Shown piece by piece: positions 54,148 to 62,672 of a stretch of 64,000 bases of DNA (position 1 is its first letter; every line of letters starts with the position of its first letter). The notes beneath the pieces are model-generated. The model was not told where the DNA came from. It made no database searches and was given only the letters and a program-made list of their open reading frames with translations. This DNA is from an uncultured bacterium (GTDB lineage Bacteria; Krumholzibacteriota; Krumholzibacteriia; WVZY01; JAKEHA01), in NCBI GenBank assembly GCA_964560355.1, contig CAZLLI010000004.1:799-64798 (forward strand). Direction: 5' to 3'. Position numbers and translations under genes: made by a program.

Positions 54148-54867
54148 TCAGTTTCGGTAGAGCGCTTTGATCGCACCCCACGTTCTGCCTGCTGTGGGCA
54201 CCGGACTACAATCGAATTGTCTGGCGACGCCCTGGAACCCGTGTCCGACCGGACACCCACAGGGGACGCCGCCGGGGGCGCGTATGTGGAGATCGCGTAC
54301 GAAGGCCGCTGCGGGTTGCTCTGCACAGTCAAGCACCTCAACAGTTTCAGCAAGGGGATGAGGAACGACAAGCAGTTTGCTGCAGTTCTCGTCTGTCCCG
54401 CTCGAGAAATACGCGATGGAAGCGACAAGCACGTCACCAGGGATACACGCCCCGTAACAAACAGACAGTCCAGATTGGGAATTTCCTTCGGTGGACAGGA
54501 AAGGATGCGTTTCTGAGAGATACGTCATTGTGGCACCCGGACCGGCCATTACCTTGAAGCGAGACGCAATGGATCCCGGGTTGAACGTGTGCCGGACATA
54601 GATAGTTCGAAGGCCCGGCCCGGACGTATTGGATAGCTGGCATTCATACTGAAACTCACTCGCCGACACCTCGATCGTGTGTGCATGAAGAATCGCCGGT
54701 ACAGTAACGACGATCCAAACCAACACAATGATCCTCACGACACTGACCTTCCCCCGGTTACAAGCAAGCAGCGCCAGAGGAAGGACGAACAGAATGCGTC
54801 TACATCCAACAAGTCTCCCGGATGTTGTCATATGGCTTCTCCCGCGATCAAGCAACCGACGCGGCAA
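54148..54867 (-). CDS. Hypothetical membrane-anchored/secreted protein, no family recognised
   Basis: The ORF is in the low-GC block. It has a hydrophobic N-terminal region and ends 'TWGAIKALYRN'. The start is uncertain between 54867 and 54831. Confidence 0.45.
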   Translation of the reverse strand: MPRRLLDRGRSHMTTSGRLVGCRRILFVLPLALLACNRGKVSVVRIIVLVWIVVTVPAILHAHTIEVSASEFQYECQLSNTSGPGLRTIYVRHTFNPGSIASRFKVMAGPGATMTYLSETHPFLSTEGNSQSGLSVCYGACIPGDVLVASIAYFSSGTDENCSKLLVVPHPLAETVEVLDCAEQPAAAFVRDLHIRAPGGVPCGCPVGHGFQGVARQFDCSPVPTAGRTWGAIKALYRN

Positions 54868-55024
54868 GCACTGACTCAGCGCAAGGAGGCACCCGCTGTG
54901 CCATGCGAATTGGCAGCAACATAAATTCTAGCAGATGCGTGCATCCTCGTCTACCAGGAGATTGTGATAGGAGCGGCGTCGATGCTAGAGCCCGGTCGAT
55001 CGTAACGAGTTGTCTGAACAACTC

Positions 55025-55873
55025 CTACAATGTCGGCTGCGGCGGAGTGGGTCGGCGCGGCGGTATGGGATCGTCGTCGTCGCTCGATTCCTTGCCGAGT
55101 GCGCGCTCGCGCGAGAGGAGCTTCTCGAAGTCGACGGACTCGGCGTCCAATTCGGGGGCGCGCGCAAAGGCGAACGCTTCCTGCGCGCCGTCGCCGTGGT
55201 CGAAGATGGTGGGTGCGCCGATGGGGAAGCGGATGGCGTCGAAGCTCACGGTGGCGTCGATGCCGAAATCGCTCGCGATCTTGGCGCCGCGCTTCATGTG
55301 CTTCAAGTTGGCAATGAGAACGATGCGATCAATATCCTTGTGGGTTTCGCACAGGGCTTGCAGCACGCCGGTCACGCGGCCGCTCACACCGAACGAGCCG
55401 TCCTCGGTGGCGACGTAGAGCTCGTCGGCGACGGCGGCGAATTCGTCCTTCCAGAACACGCGTTCTTTGGACGCGAAGCCGAGCACGACGATGACGTGCG
55501 CGCCGTGCTCCTTGAATGCGCGCGCGCGCCACAGGAGCGACGCCGCGCCCAAGTCGTCGGCGACGAGCACGACCTTGCCGTCGGAGTCGATGCGGCACGG
55601 ACCGCCGAGCGGCCCGCGAATCTGGAATACGTCCTCGCCTTCGACGAGCATCATGAGCTTTTCGGTGGGGAGGTCGCGCGCCTGTTCGATCACGGCGAAA
55701 GTGCCGGCCTCGCGGTCGACGGTCGCGATGGGCAGCGTAAACGTGGGCCCGTCGACGTTCATATGAATGTCGACGTACTGCCCGGGCATCGCGCGCTCGG
55801 CGATGGCGGGCAGGCGAAACTCGAGGAGAAAGGTGTCCTCGTTGAACGATTGCTTGCGCGTGACGGCGAACAT
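55025..55873 (-). CDS. FAD/NAD(P)-binding oxidoreductase (PyrK/ferredoxin-reductase-like) with acidic/Pro-rich tail
   Basis: 'GQYVDI' marks a beta-barrel FAD domain and 'VVLVADDLGAAS' a Rossmann-like segment. ATG is at 55873. The remainder of the 673-aa ORF is antisense to ilvE. Confidence 0.6.
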   Translation of the reverse strand: MFAVTRKQSFNEDTFLLEFRLPAIAERAMPGQYVDIHMNVDGPTFTLPIATVDREAGTFAVIEQARDLPTEKLMMLVEGEDVFQIRGPLGGPCRIDSDGKVVLVADDLGAASLLWRARAFKEHGAHVIVVLGFASKERVFWKDEFAAVADELYVATEDGSFGVSGRVTGVLQALCETHKDIDRIVLIANLKHMKRGAKIASDFGIDATVSFDAIRFPIGAPTIFDHGDGAQEAFAFARAPELDAESVDFEKLLSRERALGKESSDDDDPIPPRRPTPPQPTL

Positions 55874-56035
55874 TTCGAGGGCGACGGTACCGCAAGCGGG
55901 CGCGCCAGGCAAGCACGGAGTGGCCCGCGGACGCGGGGCAAACTTCGGTTGACACTCGGGTCCCGCGGCGGGTATTTTCAAGGGGTCCATCCGGCGTTGC
56001 CGCGCCAATTTTCTCTCCTCAGAGGACGTGCCGCG

Positions 56036-57076
56036 ATGAAGGAAACCATGCAAAAAGCGGATCTCAACTGGAGCGAGCTTCCGTTCGACTACGTCCGCAC
56101 GGACTGCCACCTCCAATACGTCTATCGCGACGGCAAGTGGGACCAAGGAACGGTGATGGAGGACGACAAGGTCACCATCTCGGTGGCGTCGACGTGTCTC
56201 CACTACGGTCAAGAGTGTTTCGAAGGCCTCAAGGTCTACGAGACCAAGGACGGCCACGCGCTCGCGTTTCGTCCCGACGAGAACGCGCGTCGCATGCAGT
56301 ACACGGCCAAGAAATCGTTGATGGTGGCGCCGCCGGTGGAGTTGTTCGTGGAGGCGGTCGATCGCGTCACCAAGCTCAATCGTCGTTTCATCCCGCCCTA
56401 CGGGAGCGGCGCGTCGCTGTACGTGCGCCCGCTCTTGATCGGCATCACGGGCACGATCGGCATCAAGCCGTCGAAGGAGTACATGCTCGCGGTGCTGGTG
56501 ACGCCGGTGGGTCCGTATTTCCGCACCGGATTGAAGCCGGTGCGCTTGTGGGTGGAAGAAGAAGTGGATCGCGCGGCGCCGCTCGGCGTCGGCGACGCCA
56601 AGCTGGGCGGCAACTACACCGCGGGACTGCGCGCCACCTACGGCGCGCGCGACCGCGGCTTCGCGGAAGTGCTGTTCCTCGATTCCAAGCAGCACAAGTA
56701 CATCGACGAATCGGGCAGCTCGAACTTCTTCGCGATTACCAAGGACGGGCGCTACGTGACGCCGCAGTCGACGTCGATCTTGCCCAGCATCACGAACAAG
56801 AGTCTGATGGACGTCGCGCGCGACTTGAAGATTCCCGTCGAGAACCGGCCGGTCGAAGTGGCGGAGCTTCCCAACTTTGCGGAAGCAGGGCTGGTCGGTA
56901 CGGCCACCATCATCTCGCCGGTGTACCAGATTCAGCACGGTAAGAAGATGATCCAGTACGGCGGGCCGAACGAGGTGGGTCCGGTGAGCCAGAAGCTGCG
57001 CGACGCGCTGCTCGGTATTCAGACCGGCGACGCGCCCGACACGCACGGCTGGACGCGCGAGATTCGTTTGGATTGA
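56036..57076 (+). CDS. ilvE: Branched-chain amino acid aminotransferase
   Basis: Motifs are 'LHYGQECFEGLK', 'ASLYVRPL', 'GDAKLGGNY' and 'SSNFF'. ATG is at 56036. Confidence 0.85.
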   Translation: MKETMQKADLNWSELPFDYVRTDCHLQYVYRDGKWDQGTVMEDDKVTISVASTCLHYGQECFEGLKVYETKDGHALAFRPDENARRMQYTAKKSLMVAPPVELFVEAVDRVTKLNRRFIPPYGSGASLYVRPLLIGITGTIGIKPSKEYMLAVLVTPVGPYFRTGLKPVRLWVEEEVDRAAPLGVGDAKLGGNYTAGLRATYGARDRGFAEVLFLDSKQHKYIDESGSSNFFAITKDGRYVTPQSTSILPSITNKSLMDVARDLKIPVENRPVEVAELPNFAEAGLVGTATIISPVYQIQHGKKMIQYGGPNEVGPVSQKLRDALLGIQTGDAPDTHGWTREIRLD

Positions 57077-57143
57077 CGCGCGATCGCGCGCGCGAGTTTC
57101 GAAGGCTCCTTCGCGTGCGAAGGGGCCTTCGTCGTTTCACGCC

Positions 57144-58130
57144 ATGAGCACCATCGAAAAGCAGAGACTCACGCTCAGCTGTCGCGTCGACTCGTACCGC
57201 TCGGGCTGGTCGATCGTGGACTTCCTCGCGCACCGCTTTCCGTACCACACGCGCGACGGCTGGACCAAGCGCGTGCGCGACGAATGGGTGCGCGTCAACG
57301 ACGCGACCGTGGCCACCGACCACGTAGTGCAAAAAAACGACGCGGTCGCGTACACCATTCTGCACGCGGAGCCTCCCGTCGACGACCGCTACGACGTTCT
57401 GTTCGAGGACGACCACTATCTCGCGGTGGCGAAGTCGGGCAACATTCCGGTCCACGCGTGCGGGGTTTACATCGTCAACACGCTGGTCGCACGCCTGCGC
57501 GCGGACTTCGGCGAGAACGTGAATCTCGTGCACCGCTTGGACCGCGAGACGAGCGGGGTGGTGGTGCTGGCGAAGCACCGCGATGCCAACCGGCTCCTCG
57601 CGCGCGCCTTCGAGCGCGGCGACGTCGAGAAGCAATACGTCGCGGTCGTGCACGGACGCGTGACCGAGGACGAATTCACCATCGATGCTCCGATCGGCAA
57701 GATCGACGCGCGCTACCAGTATCCGGTCGAGTACGAGTACGGCAAGGCCAACGACCTCGCGACCTTCCTGCCCAAGCGCCGCGTCGACCCGGCCGGAAAG
57801 CCGGCGCGCACGCGCGCCGAAGTGGTCGCGCGCCACGGCGCCTTCACGACGCTGCGCGCACTGCCCGAGCAGGGACGAACCAACCAGATTCGCGTCCACC
57901 TCGCGCACGCCGGCCACCCCATCGTGGGCGACAAGATCTATTCGTTGGCGGGGGAGATTCGCGACGAGCAATTGCGCGAAGGAATGACGGAGCGCGTGCG
58001 GGCGGCGTTGGTGCTGCCGCGCCACGCGCTGCACGGCGAGTCGCTCGCGTTCGCGCATCCGCTGGAAGGAGCGCGCGTCGTGTTGCGCGCGCCCCTGCCC
58101 GCGGACATGGCGTCAATCGCGTCGCGCTAA
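57144..58130 (+). CDS. RluA-family pseudouridine synthase
   Basis: The catalytic motif is 'HRLDRETSGVVVLAK'. 'GRTNQIRVHLA' is also present. Confidence 0.85.
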   Translation: MSTIEKQRLTLSCRVDSYRSGWSIVDFLAHRFPYHTRDGWTKRVRDEWVRVNDATVATDHVVQKNDAVAYTILHAEPPVDDRYDVLFEDDHYLAVAKSGNIPVHACGVYIVNTLVARLRADFGENVNLVHRLDRETSGVVVLAKHRDANRLLARAFERGDVEKQYVAVVHGRVTEDEFTIDAPIGKIDARYQYPVEYEYGKANDLATFLPKRRVDPAGKPARTRAEVVARHGAFTTLRALPEQGRTNQIRVHLAHAGHPIVGDKIYSLAGEIRDEQLREGMTERVRAALVLPRHALHGESLAFAHPLEGARVVLRAPLPADMASIASR

Positions 58131-58690
58131 GCGGCCTTGGCCGCCTTGTGCACGCGGTTGCGCAGCCCCTTCAAGCGGAACCCGAGCGCGATCAAGAGAA
58201 TGCCGAACCCGATCGCGTAGCCGCCGATCATCCAGGTGAGCGCGAGCGCGCCCGCGCCCGGGCGCGCGATCATCAAGAATCCGAACAGAATCGACAAGAT
58301 GCCGCTCAAGATGAGGAACATCTCGCCTTCGATCTCCTTGCGCAGGCGCAGCGCCACCGCGATTTCCATCAGGCCGATGAAGATGGCCCAGATCGCGATC
58401 AGGTAGAGCAGCGTGAGCGCGGTGAGTCCCGGCATGAGGAAGGCGACGCCGGCGACGATCACGCTCACGATCGCTTTCAGCACCAGCGCCCACCACGGCG
58501 TTCCGCTCCCGCCCGCGAACGCGGCCGCGAGCGCGAAGATGCCGTCGGCGAGCGCGAACACGCCGAACAGGAGCACGAACATGCCCAGCGTGACGCCGGG
58601 CCACGCGATGGCCAGCACGCCGAAGATCACGGCGAACACGCCGCGCAGCACGATGGCCCACCAATTTTTCGTCAGCCTGTCGAGTAACAT
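58127..58690 (-). CDS. HdeD/DUF308-family membrane protein
   Basis: ATG at 58690 follows GGAGGGAG. The N-terminus is 'NWWAIVLRGVFAVIFGVLAIAWP'. It has six hydrophobic helices. Confidence 0.7.
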   Translation of the reverse strand: MLLDRLTKNWWAIVLRGVFAVIFGVLAIAWPGVTLGMFVLLFGVFALADGIFALAAAFAGGSGTPWWALVLKAIVSVIVAGVAFLMPGLTALTLLYLIAIWAIFIGLMEIAVALRLRKEIEGEMFLILSGILSILFGFLMIARPGAGALALTWMIGGYAIGFGILLIALGFRLKGLRNRVHKAAKAA

Positions 58691-58799
58691 GGGACTCCCT
58701 CCTTGTGTGGGATGATCAGTGACCAGTCTACGCCCGCGCCGCGCACGCGGACAAGCCCCCGGATTTGTGATGGCGACGCCGTCGTGGTACCATGCGCCG

Positions 58800-60032
58800 A
58801 TGCACGCGCTCCGAGTCGTAGTTTTGGTCGCGCTGCTCGCGTCGAGCGCGCGGGCGCAGCAGAAATTGCCCGACCCCAACATCGCGGCGCACCAGGACAC
58901 CACGTCGACCACCGGCGTGCCGCAGCGCGACTTCTTCGACCTGCTCGACAAGTACGTGCTCAAGCGGCGCGTGGAGCCGCAGCTCGACCTCAAGCCGAAG
59001 ACGGGATTGCAGTGGTCGCTGCTCCCGACCTTCAGCTACAACCCCGTGTACGGCGCCGCCATCGGCGCGATGATTTCCGGCGCCGGCCGGCGCGGCGATG
59101 TGAATGGGCGCTACTCGTCGATGTCCGTTTCCGCCAACTACTCGACCGAGGGACAATTCCAGCTGCAAGCGCGCGGCGACGTGTTCAGCGCGGGCGAAGA
59201 CTATCTGTTCAAGATCGACTTTCGCTACCTCGACACCGAGCGCGATACGTGGGGACTGGGTCCGGTGTACTCCAACCAGCAGGAGTACCCGATGGAGTTC
59301 CTCTTGAACCGCGTGTACACGACCGTGCTGCGTCGCGTGAGCGGCCCCGTGTACCTCGGCATCGGTTATCACTACGACGAATTCTCCGACATCGTCGACC
59401 AGCGCGCGGCACTCGGCGATTCGACCCCGTTCAGCGAGTACAGCGGCGGCGTGCCCACGATGACGCGCGCGTCGGGCTTCTCGCTCAATCTGCTCGCGGA
59501 CACCCGCGACAACTTGGTGAACCCGATGCGCGGCTACCTCTTGAGCTGGAGTTTTCGCGACTACCTGACCGCGTTCGGTTCCGACCAGAGCTGGCAGGAA
59601 TTGTGGATCGAGGCGCGCGTGTACCCGCACGTTCCCAAGCGCAGCAACAGCGTGCTCGCGTTCTGGATGTACGGGTGGTTCAGTTTCGGCCCCGCGCCGT
59701 ACTTGAACCTGCCGTCGAACGGGTGGGACACCTACGGCCGCGGCGCGCGCGGCTATCTCGCGGGACGCATTCGCGGCGCCGACCAGCTCTACGTCGAAGC
59801 CGAGTACCGCCGCGCGCTCACCGCCGACGGACTATTCGGATGGGTCGTGTTCGCCAACATGACCTCGACCGCGCAGCCCGAGACCGGCACCTTCGCGCAC
59901 CCCGACCCCGGTGTGGGCACCGGGCTCCGCCTCAAATTCAACAAGCACACCAACACCAACCTCACCCTCGACTACGGGTGGGGCCACGACGACTCGCACG
60001 GATTCTTCTTGGGGATGACGGAAGTGTTCTAG
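58800..60032 (+). CDS. Outer-membrane beta-barrel protein (BamA/surface-antigen-like)
   Basis: The signal peptide is 'VVVLVALLASSARA'. Amphipathic strands alternate along the sequence. The C-terminus '...GFFLGMTEVF' ends in Phe. Confidence 0.55.
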   Translation: MHALRVVVLVALLASSARAQQKLPDPNIAAHQDTTSTTGVPQRDFFDLLDKYVLKRRVEPQLDLKPKTGLQWSLLPTFSYNPVYGAAIGAMISGAGRRGDVNGRYSSMSVSANYSTEGQFQLQARGDVFSAGEDYLFKIDFRYLDTERDTWGLGPVYSNQQEYPMEFLLNRVYTTVLRRVSGPVYLGIGYHYDEFSDIVDQRAALGDSTPFSEYSGGVPTMTRASGFSLNLLADTRDNLVNPMRGYLLSWSFRDYLTAFGSDQSWQELWIEARVYPHVPKRSNSVLAFWMYGWFSFGPAPYLNLPSNGWDTYGRGARGYLAGRIRGADQLYVEAEYRRALTADGLFGWVVFANMTSTAQPETGTFAHPDPGVGTGLRLKFNKHTNTNLTLDYGWGHDDSHGFFLGMTEVF

Positions 60033-60562
60033 CGCGCCAGGTCGAAGTCGCAGAACTCGGCGTGGTGGTAGATGATCGCTTCCGGGCTGCGGCGCACGAA
60101 GTCGCCTTCCTTGGAGTGCACCGCGATGATGTGCATCACTTCGTAGGGAAGGTTATGCTTGAAGGCCATGCCGACGCCGCTGAACGGGTGGCGCAGCATG
60201 TCGCCCTTGTGGCCCTTGCGCAGCGTCCCGTCGGGGCGCTTCTCGAATTCGATCATTTTGCCGATGTCGGCGAGCAGGGCGCCCGCCACCAGCACGTCGC
60301 GGTTGATGGGCACGCGCTTCCCGTACGACTTGATCACGACGTCGGCCATGCCGACGCACATCTGGCACACCGCGCGCACGTGCTCGAGGAATGTCACGCT
60401 CACGTTGTCGGCGAGGAGCGTGAACGGCATGTTCTTCAGGTCCCACAACGAAAAGCCGCCGGTCTTGAGCGCCTCCTCCCACACGTCGACCACTTTGTCG
60501 CGCAGCGCGACGTCTTGAATCATGGAGAGCTCGGGAAGAGCGGCGACGATTTCGTTACGCAT
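60029..60562 (-). CDS. HD-domain phosphohydrolase-like protein
   Basis: 'GALLADIGK' carries the D of the HD motif, and 'HV' lies upstream. A second His cluster is 'IIAVHSKEGD'. Confidence 0.65.
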   Translation of the reverse strand: MRNEIVAALPELSMIQDVALRDKVVDVWEEALKTGGFSLWDLKNMPFTLLADNVSVTFLEHVRAVCQMCVGMADVVIKSYGKRVPINRDVLVAGALLADIGKMIEFEKRPDGTLRKGHKGDMLRHPFSGVGMAFKHNLPYEVMHIIAVHSKEGDFVRRSPEAIIYHHAEFCDFDLAR

Positions 60563-61781
60563 GCTTGTCTCCCTTGATCGGACCGGGTAGCGGAAGCGCG
60601 ACCACGGCCAGCGTCACGTCGACGCCGCCGATGCGCGCGCGGAACTTGGTTCCGGCCTCCGCCATGGCGGCACGAACGTACCCCAGAAAGAGCGGGCGTT
60701 GCAACCGCGGGGATTGTACGCCCGACGTCAAGCGCCCGCACGCCTTGCGCGCGGAGCCGTCGGTGTTGAGCGGACCGCCTTCGCTGATCTCGTCCGCGAT
60801 GGCGGCGACGTCGTCGGCGTCGGGCGCGAACAATTCGACGCCCGCGGCGTGGTCGAGCGATAGCGACGACGCGTCGGCGCGCACCGCGTCGGCGTCGCGC
60901 ACAAGAGTCGGCAATTCAGCGATCTTCTCCACGCGCGCGGGATACGCGAGCGACTCGGGCGCGTCGGCCGCGGTGAGGCCGACCAGCTGCCAGTTGGGAT
61001 GGCCGCGGTAGTGCATGCGCGCGATCGGCTCCTGTCCCATATAGCAGCCCTTCTCGTAGCTCACGTGATCGTCGAGGCGCGCTTCCTTGGGGAAGTTGTC
61101 CTCGGAAACATCGTGCCCGTACCACGGCAGTCCCGCTTCGACGCGGCGCACGTTCCACGCCACGCGCCCGACCACCTGCATGTCCATGCCGACGCCCGCT
61201 TGCACCAGAAAGTCGCGCATGTGATCGGCGTGGCCGCGCGACACCAGCACGTGCATGCCCTTTTCGCCCGCCACCGAGTGACGCACCACGATGGCGCGCA
61301 TGCCTTGGTACTCGTTCTCGGTGAACGTGAGCGGTTCCAGCGGGAGCGGTTCGCGCGGGAAGATGCGCCACACGATCTCGCGCGACTTCGGTCCTTCCAG
61401 CGAAAACATCGCCATCTCCGCGCTCATGTCGGTGAGCTGGACGTCGTCGGCGATGATATGCGAGTCGAGCGCTTCGAACACGCGCGCGGTCGAGCCTTGC
61501 ATGACCAGGACCAGCAGCTCATCCTCGCGCGCAAGAATCAACAGCTCGGCAACGATACGACCCTTGGTCGTGGTAAGCAACGCGCTGCACGCGCTGCCGC
61601 GCGCGAGTCCTGCGACGTCGTTCGTCACCATCGCGTTCAGGAAGCGAACCCGGTCGCCGCCGCGCAGGCGCAGAATGCCGACGTGCGGCAGGTCGATCAA
61701 ACCGACCGTGTGCGTGAGCGCTTCGTACTCGAGGCGCGGGTGCGTGAAGACGTCGGGCGGGGTCGCGGTCATGTTAGACAT
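60555..61781 (-). CDS. Folate-binding YgfZ/GcvT-family protein
   Basis: 'LRLRGGDRVRFLNAMVTNDV' is typical of the aminomethyltransferase/YgfZ fold. Confidence 0.75.
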   Translation of the reverse strand: MSNMTATPPDVFTHPRLEYEALTHTVGLIDLPHVGILRLRGGDRVRFLNAMVTNDVAGLARGSACSALLTTTKGRIVAELLILAREDELLVLVMQGSTARVFEALDSHIIADDVQLTDMSAEMAMFSLEGPKSREIVWRIFPREPLPLEPLTFTENEYQGMRAIVVRHSVAGEKGMHVLVSRGHADHMRDFLVQAGVGMDMQVVGRVAWNVRRVEAGLPWYGHDVSEDNFPKEARLDDHVSYEKGCYMGQEPIARMHYRGHPNWQLVGLTAADAPESLAYPARVEKIAELPTLVRDADAVRADASSLSLDHAAGVELFAPDADDVAAIADEISEGGPLNTDGSARKACGRLTSGVQSPRLQRPLFLGYVRAAMAEAGTKFRARIGGVDVTLAVVALPLPGPIKGDKHA

Positions 61782-62169
61782 CCGCGAGTGTCACCGTGTC
61801 GAAGAACTGGTAGAAGCGCTGCTCCAGGTTGGTGAGCCCGTTCTTCACCGTGCAGCGGTCTTCGATCGAGCAGCAGCCGTCGTTGCTGGTGCACATCACC
61901 ATGTGCACCGGCCCTTCGATGGACTCGAAGATCTGCGCGAGCGTGACGTCGCCCGGCTTCTTCGCCATGCGATAGCCACCGCCGCTGCCCTTGGTCGCTT
62001 CGATGATTCCGCTCTGCGAGAGGCTCTGCAGAATCTTCGCCAGCAGGTTGGGCGGCAAGTTGAAATGCGCGGCGATCTCGCGCGCGTTGGCGAGCTGGCC
62101 TTCGGGCAGGGCCGCGATGTGCTTGAGCGCGATCAGCCCGTAGTCGGTTCTCATGGAGATGCGAATCAT
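61774..62169 (-). CDS. Rrf2-family transcriptional regulator (Cys-containing, IscR-like)
   Basis: 'MRTDYGLIALKHIA' and the wHTH 'AREIAAHFNLPPNLLAKILQSL' are present. A Cys cluster 'CTSNDGCCSIEDRC' follows. Confidence 0.8.
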   Translation of the reverse strand: MIRISMRTDYGLIALKHIAALPEGQLANAREIAAHFNLPPNLLAKILQSLSQSGIIEATKGSGGGYRMAKKPGDVTLAQIFESIEGPVHMVMCTSNDGCCSIEDRCTVKNGLTNLEQRFYQFFDTVTLADV

Positions 62170-62241
62170 TGCCTCTATAATAATGAGAGCGACGGGCGGA
62201 TTCAACGCCGGGTATTCATGTCGGTGTGGTAGGATAAGTCC

Positions 62242-62672
62242 ATGGTTCCACGCGTATCCCACGATCGTACCGACGAGAGCATCGAAGCCAAGGCGCGATG
62301 GTTCCAGTCGCTGTCCGTCGAAGAGCGAATGAACCTCCTATGCGAGTTCACGGACATGGTTCTCGAGAACAATCCGAAGGTTGTCGAGGTGGGGCGTGCT
62401 CAATCGACTCCAGGGCGTATTCTCGTCCTTAAACTCCCATAACGTTCGATATGTCGTGATCGGTGGCATCGCGGCCGTTCTCCACGGCGTGCCGCGTGCA
62501 ACGGCTGTCGTTTGCCGACGCGTGGAAGAATAGGGAAACGATGTCGTTCGGGGGGCAAAGCTTCTTCGTGGTTTCACGGAAGGATCTGATTGCGGCCAAG
62601 CGCGCCGCCGGCCGACCTCGCGACCTGGAGGATGTACGAATCCTCGAACTCCCGCCTGAAGCAACCGACTAG
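62242..62672 (+). pseudogene. Degraded nucleotidyltransferase-like gene split over three reading frames
   Basis: Piece 1 (62242-62442) ends '...GRILVLKLP*'. Piece 2 (from 62444, +1 frame) reads 'VRYVVIGGIAAVLHGVPRAT' and then stops. Piece 3 (62463 frame) ends 'DLIAAKRAAGRPRDLEDVRILE'. GC is lower than in the flanks. Confidence 0.4.

Noticed and set aside
54148-54867. The C-terminal 'TWGAIKALYRN' of the 239-aa orphan read as a known sorting or anchoring signal.
   Set aside because: I only have a vague recollection of similar WG.IK..Y endings in metagenomic proteins and cannot name a defined family. It is not supported well enough to make a call.
55010-57076. Two nearly full-length mirror ORFs (688 aa on the plus strand, 673 aa on the minus strand) covering the same 2 kb.
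   Set aside because: These resolve into two divergent real genes. ilvE (56036-57076, +) and an FAD/NAD(P)-oxidoreductase-like gene (55025-55873, -) each occupy one half, and the other half of each ORF is compositional noise.
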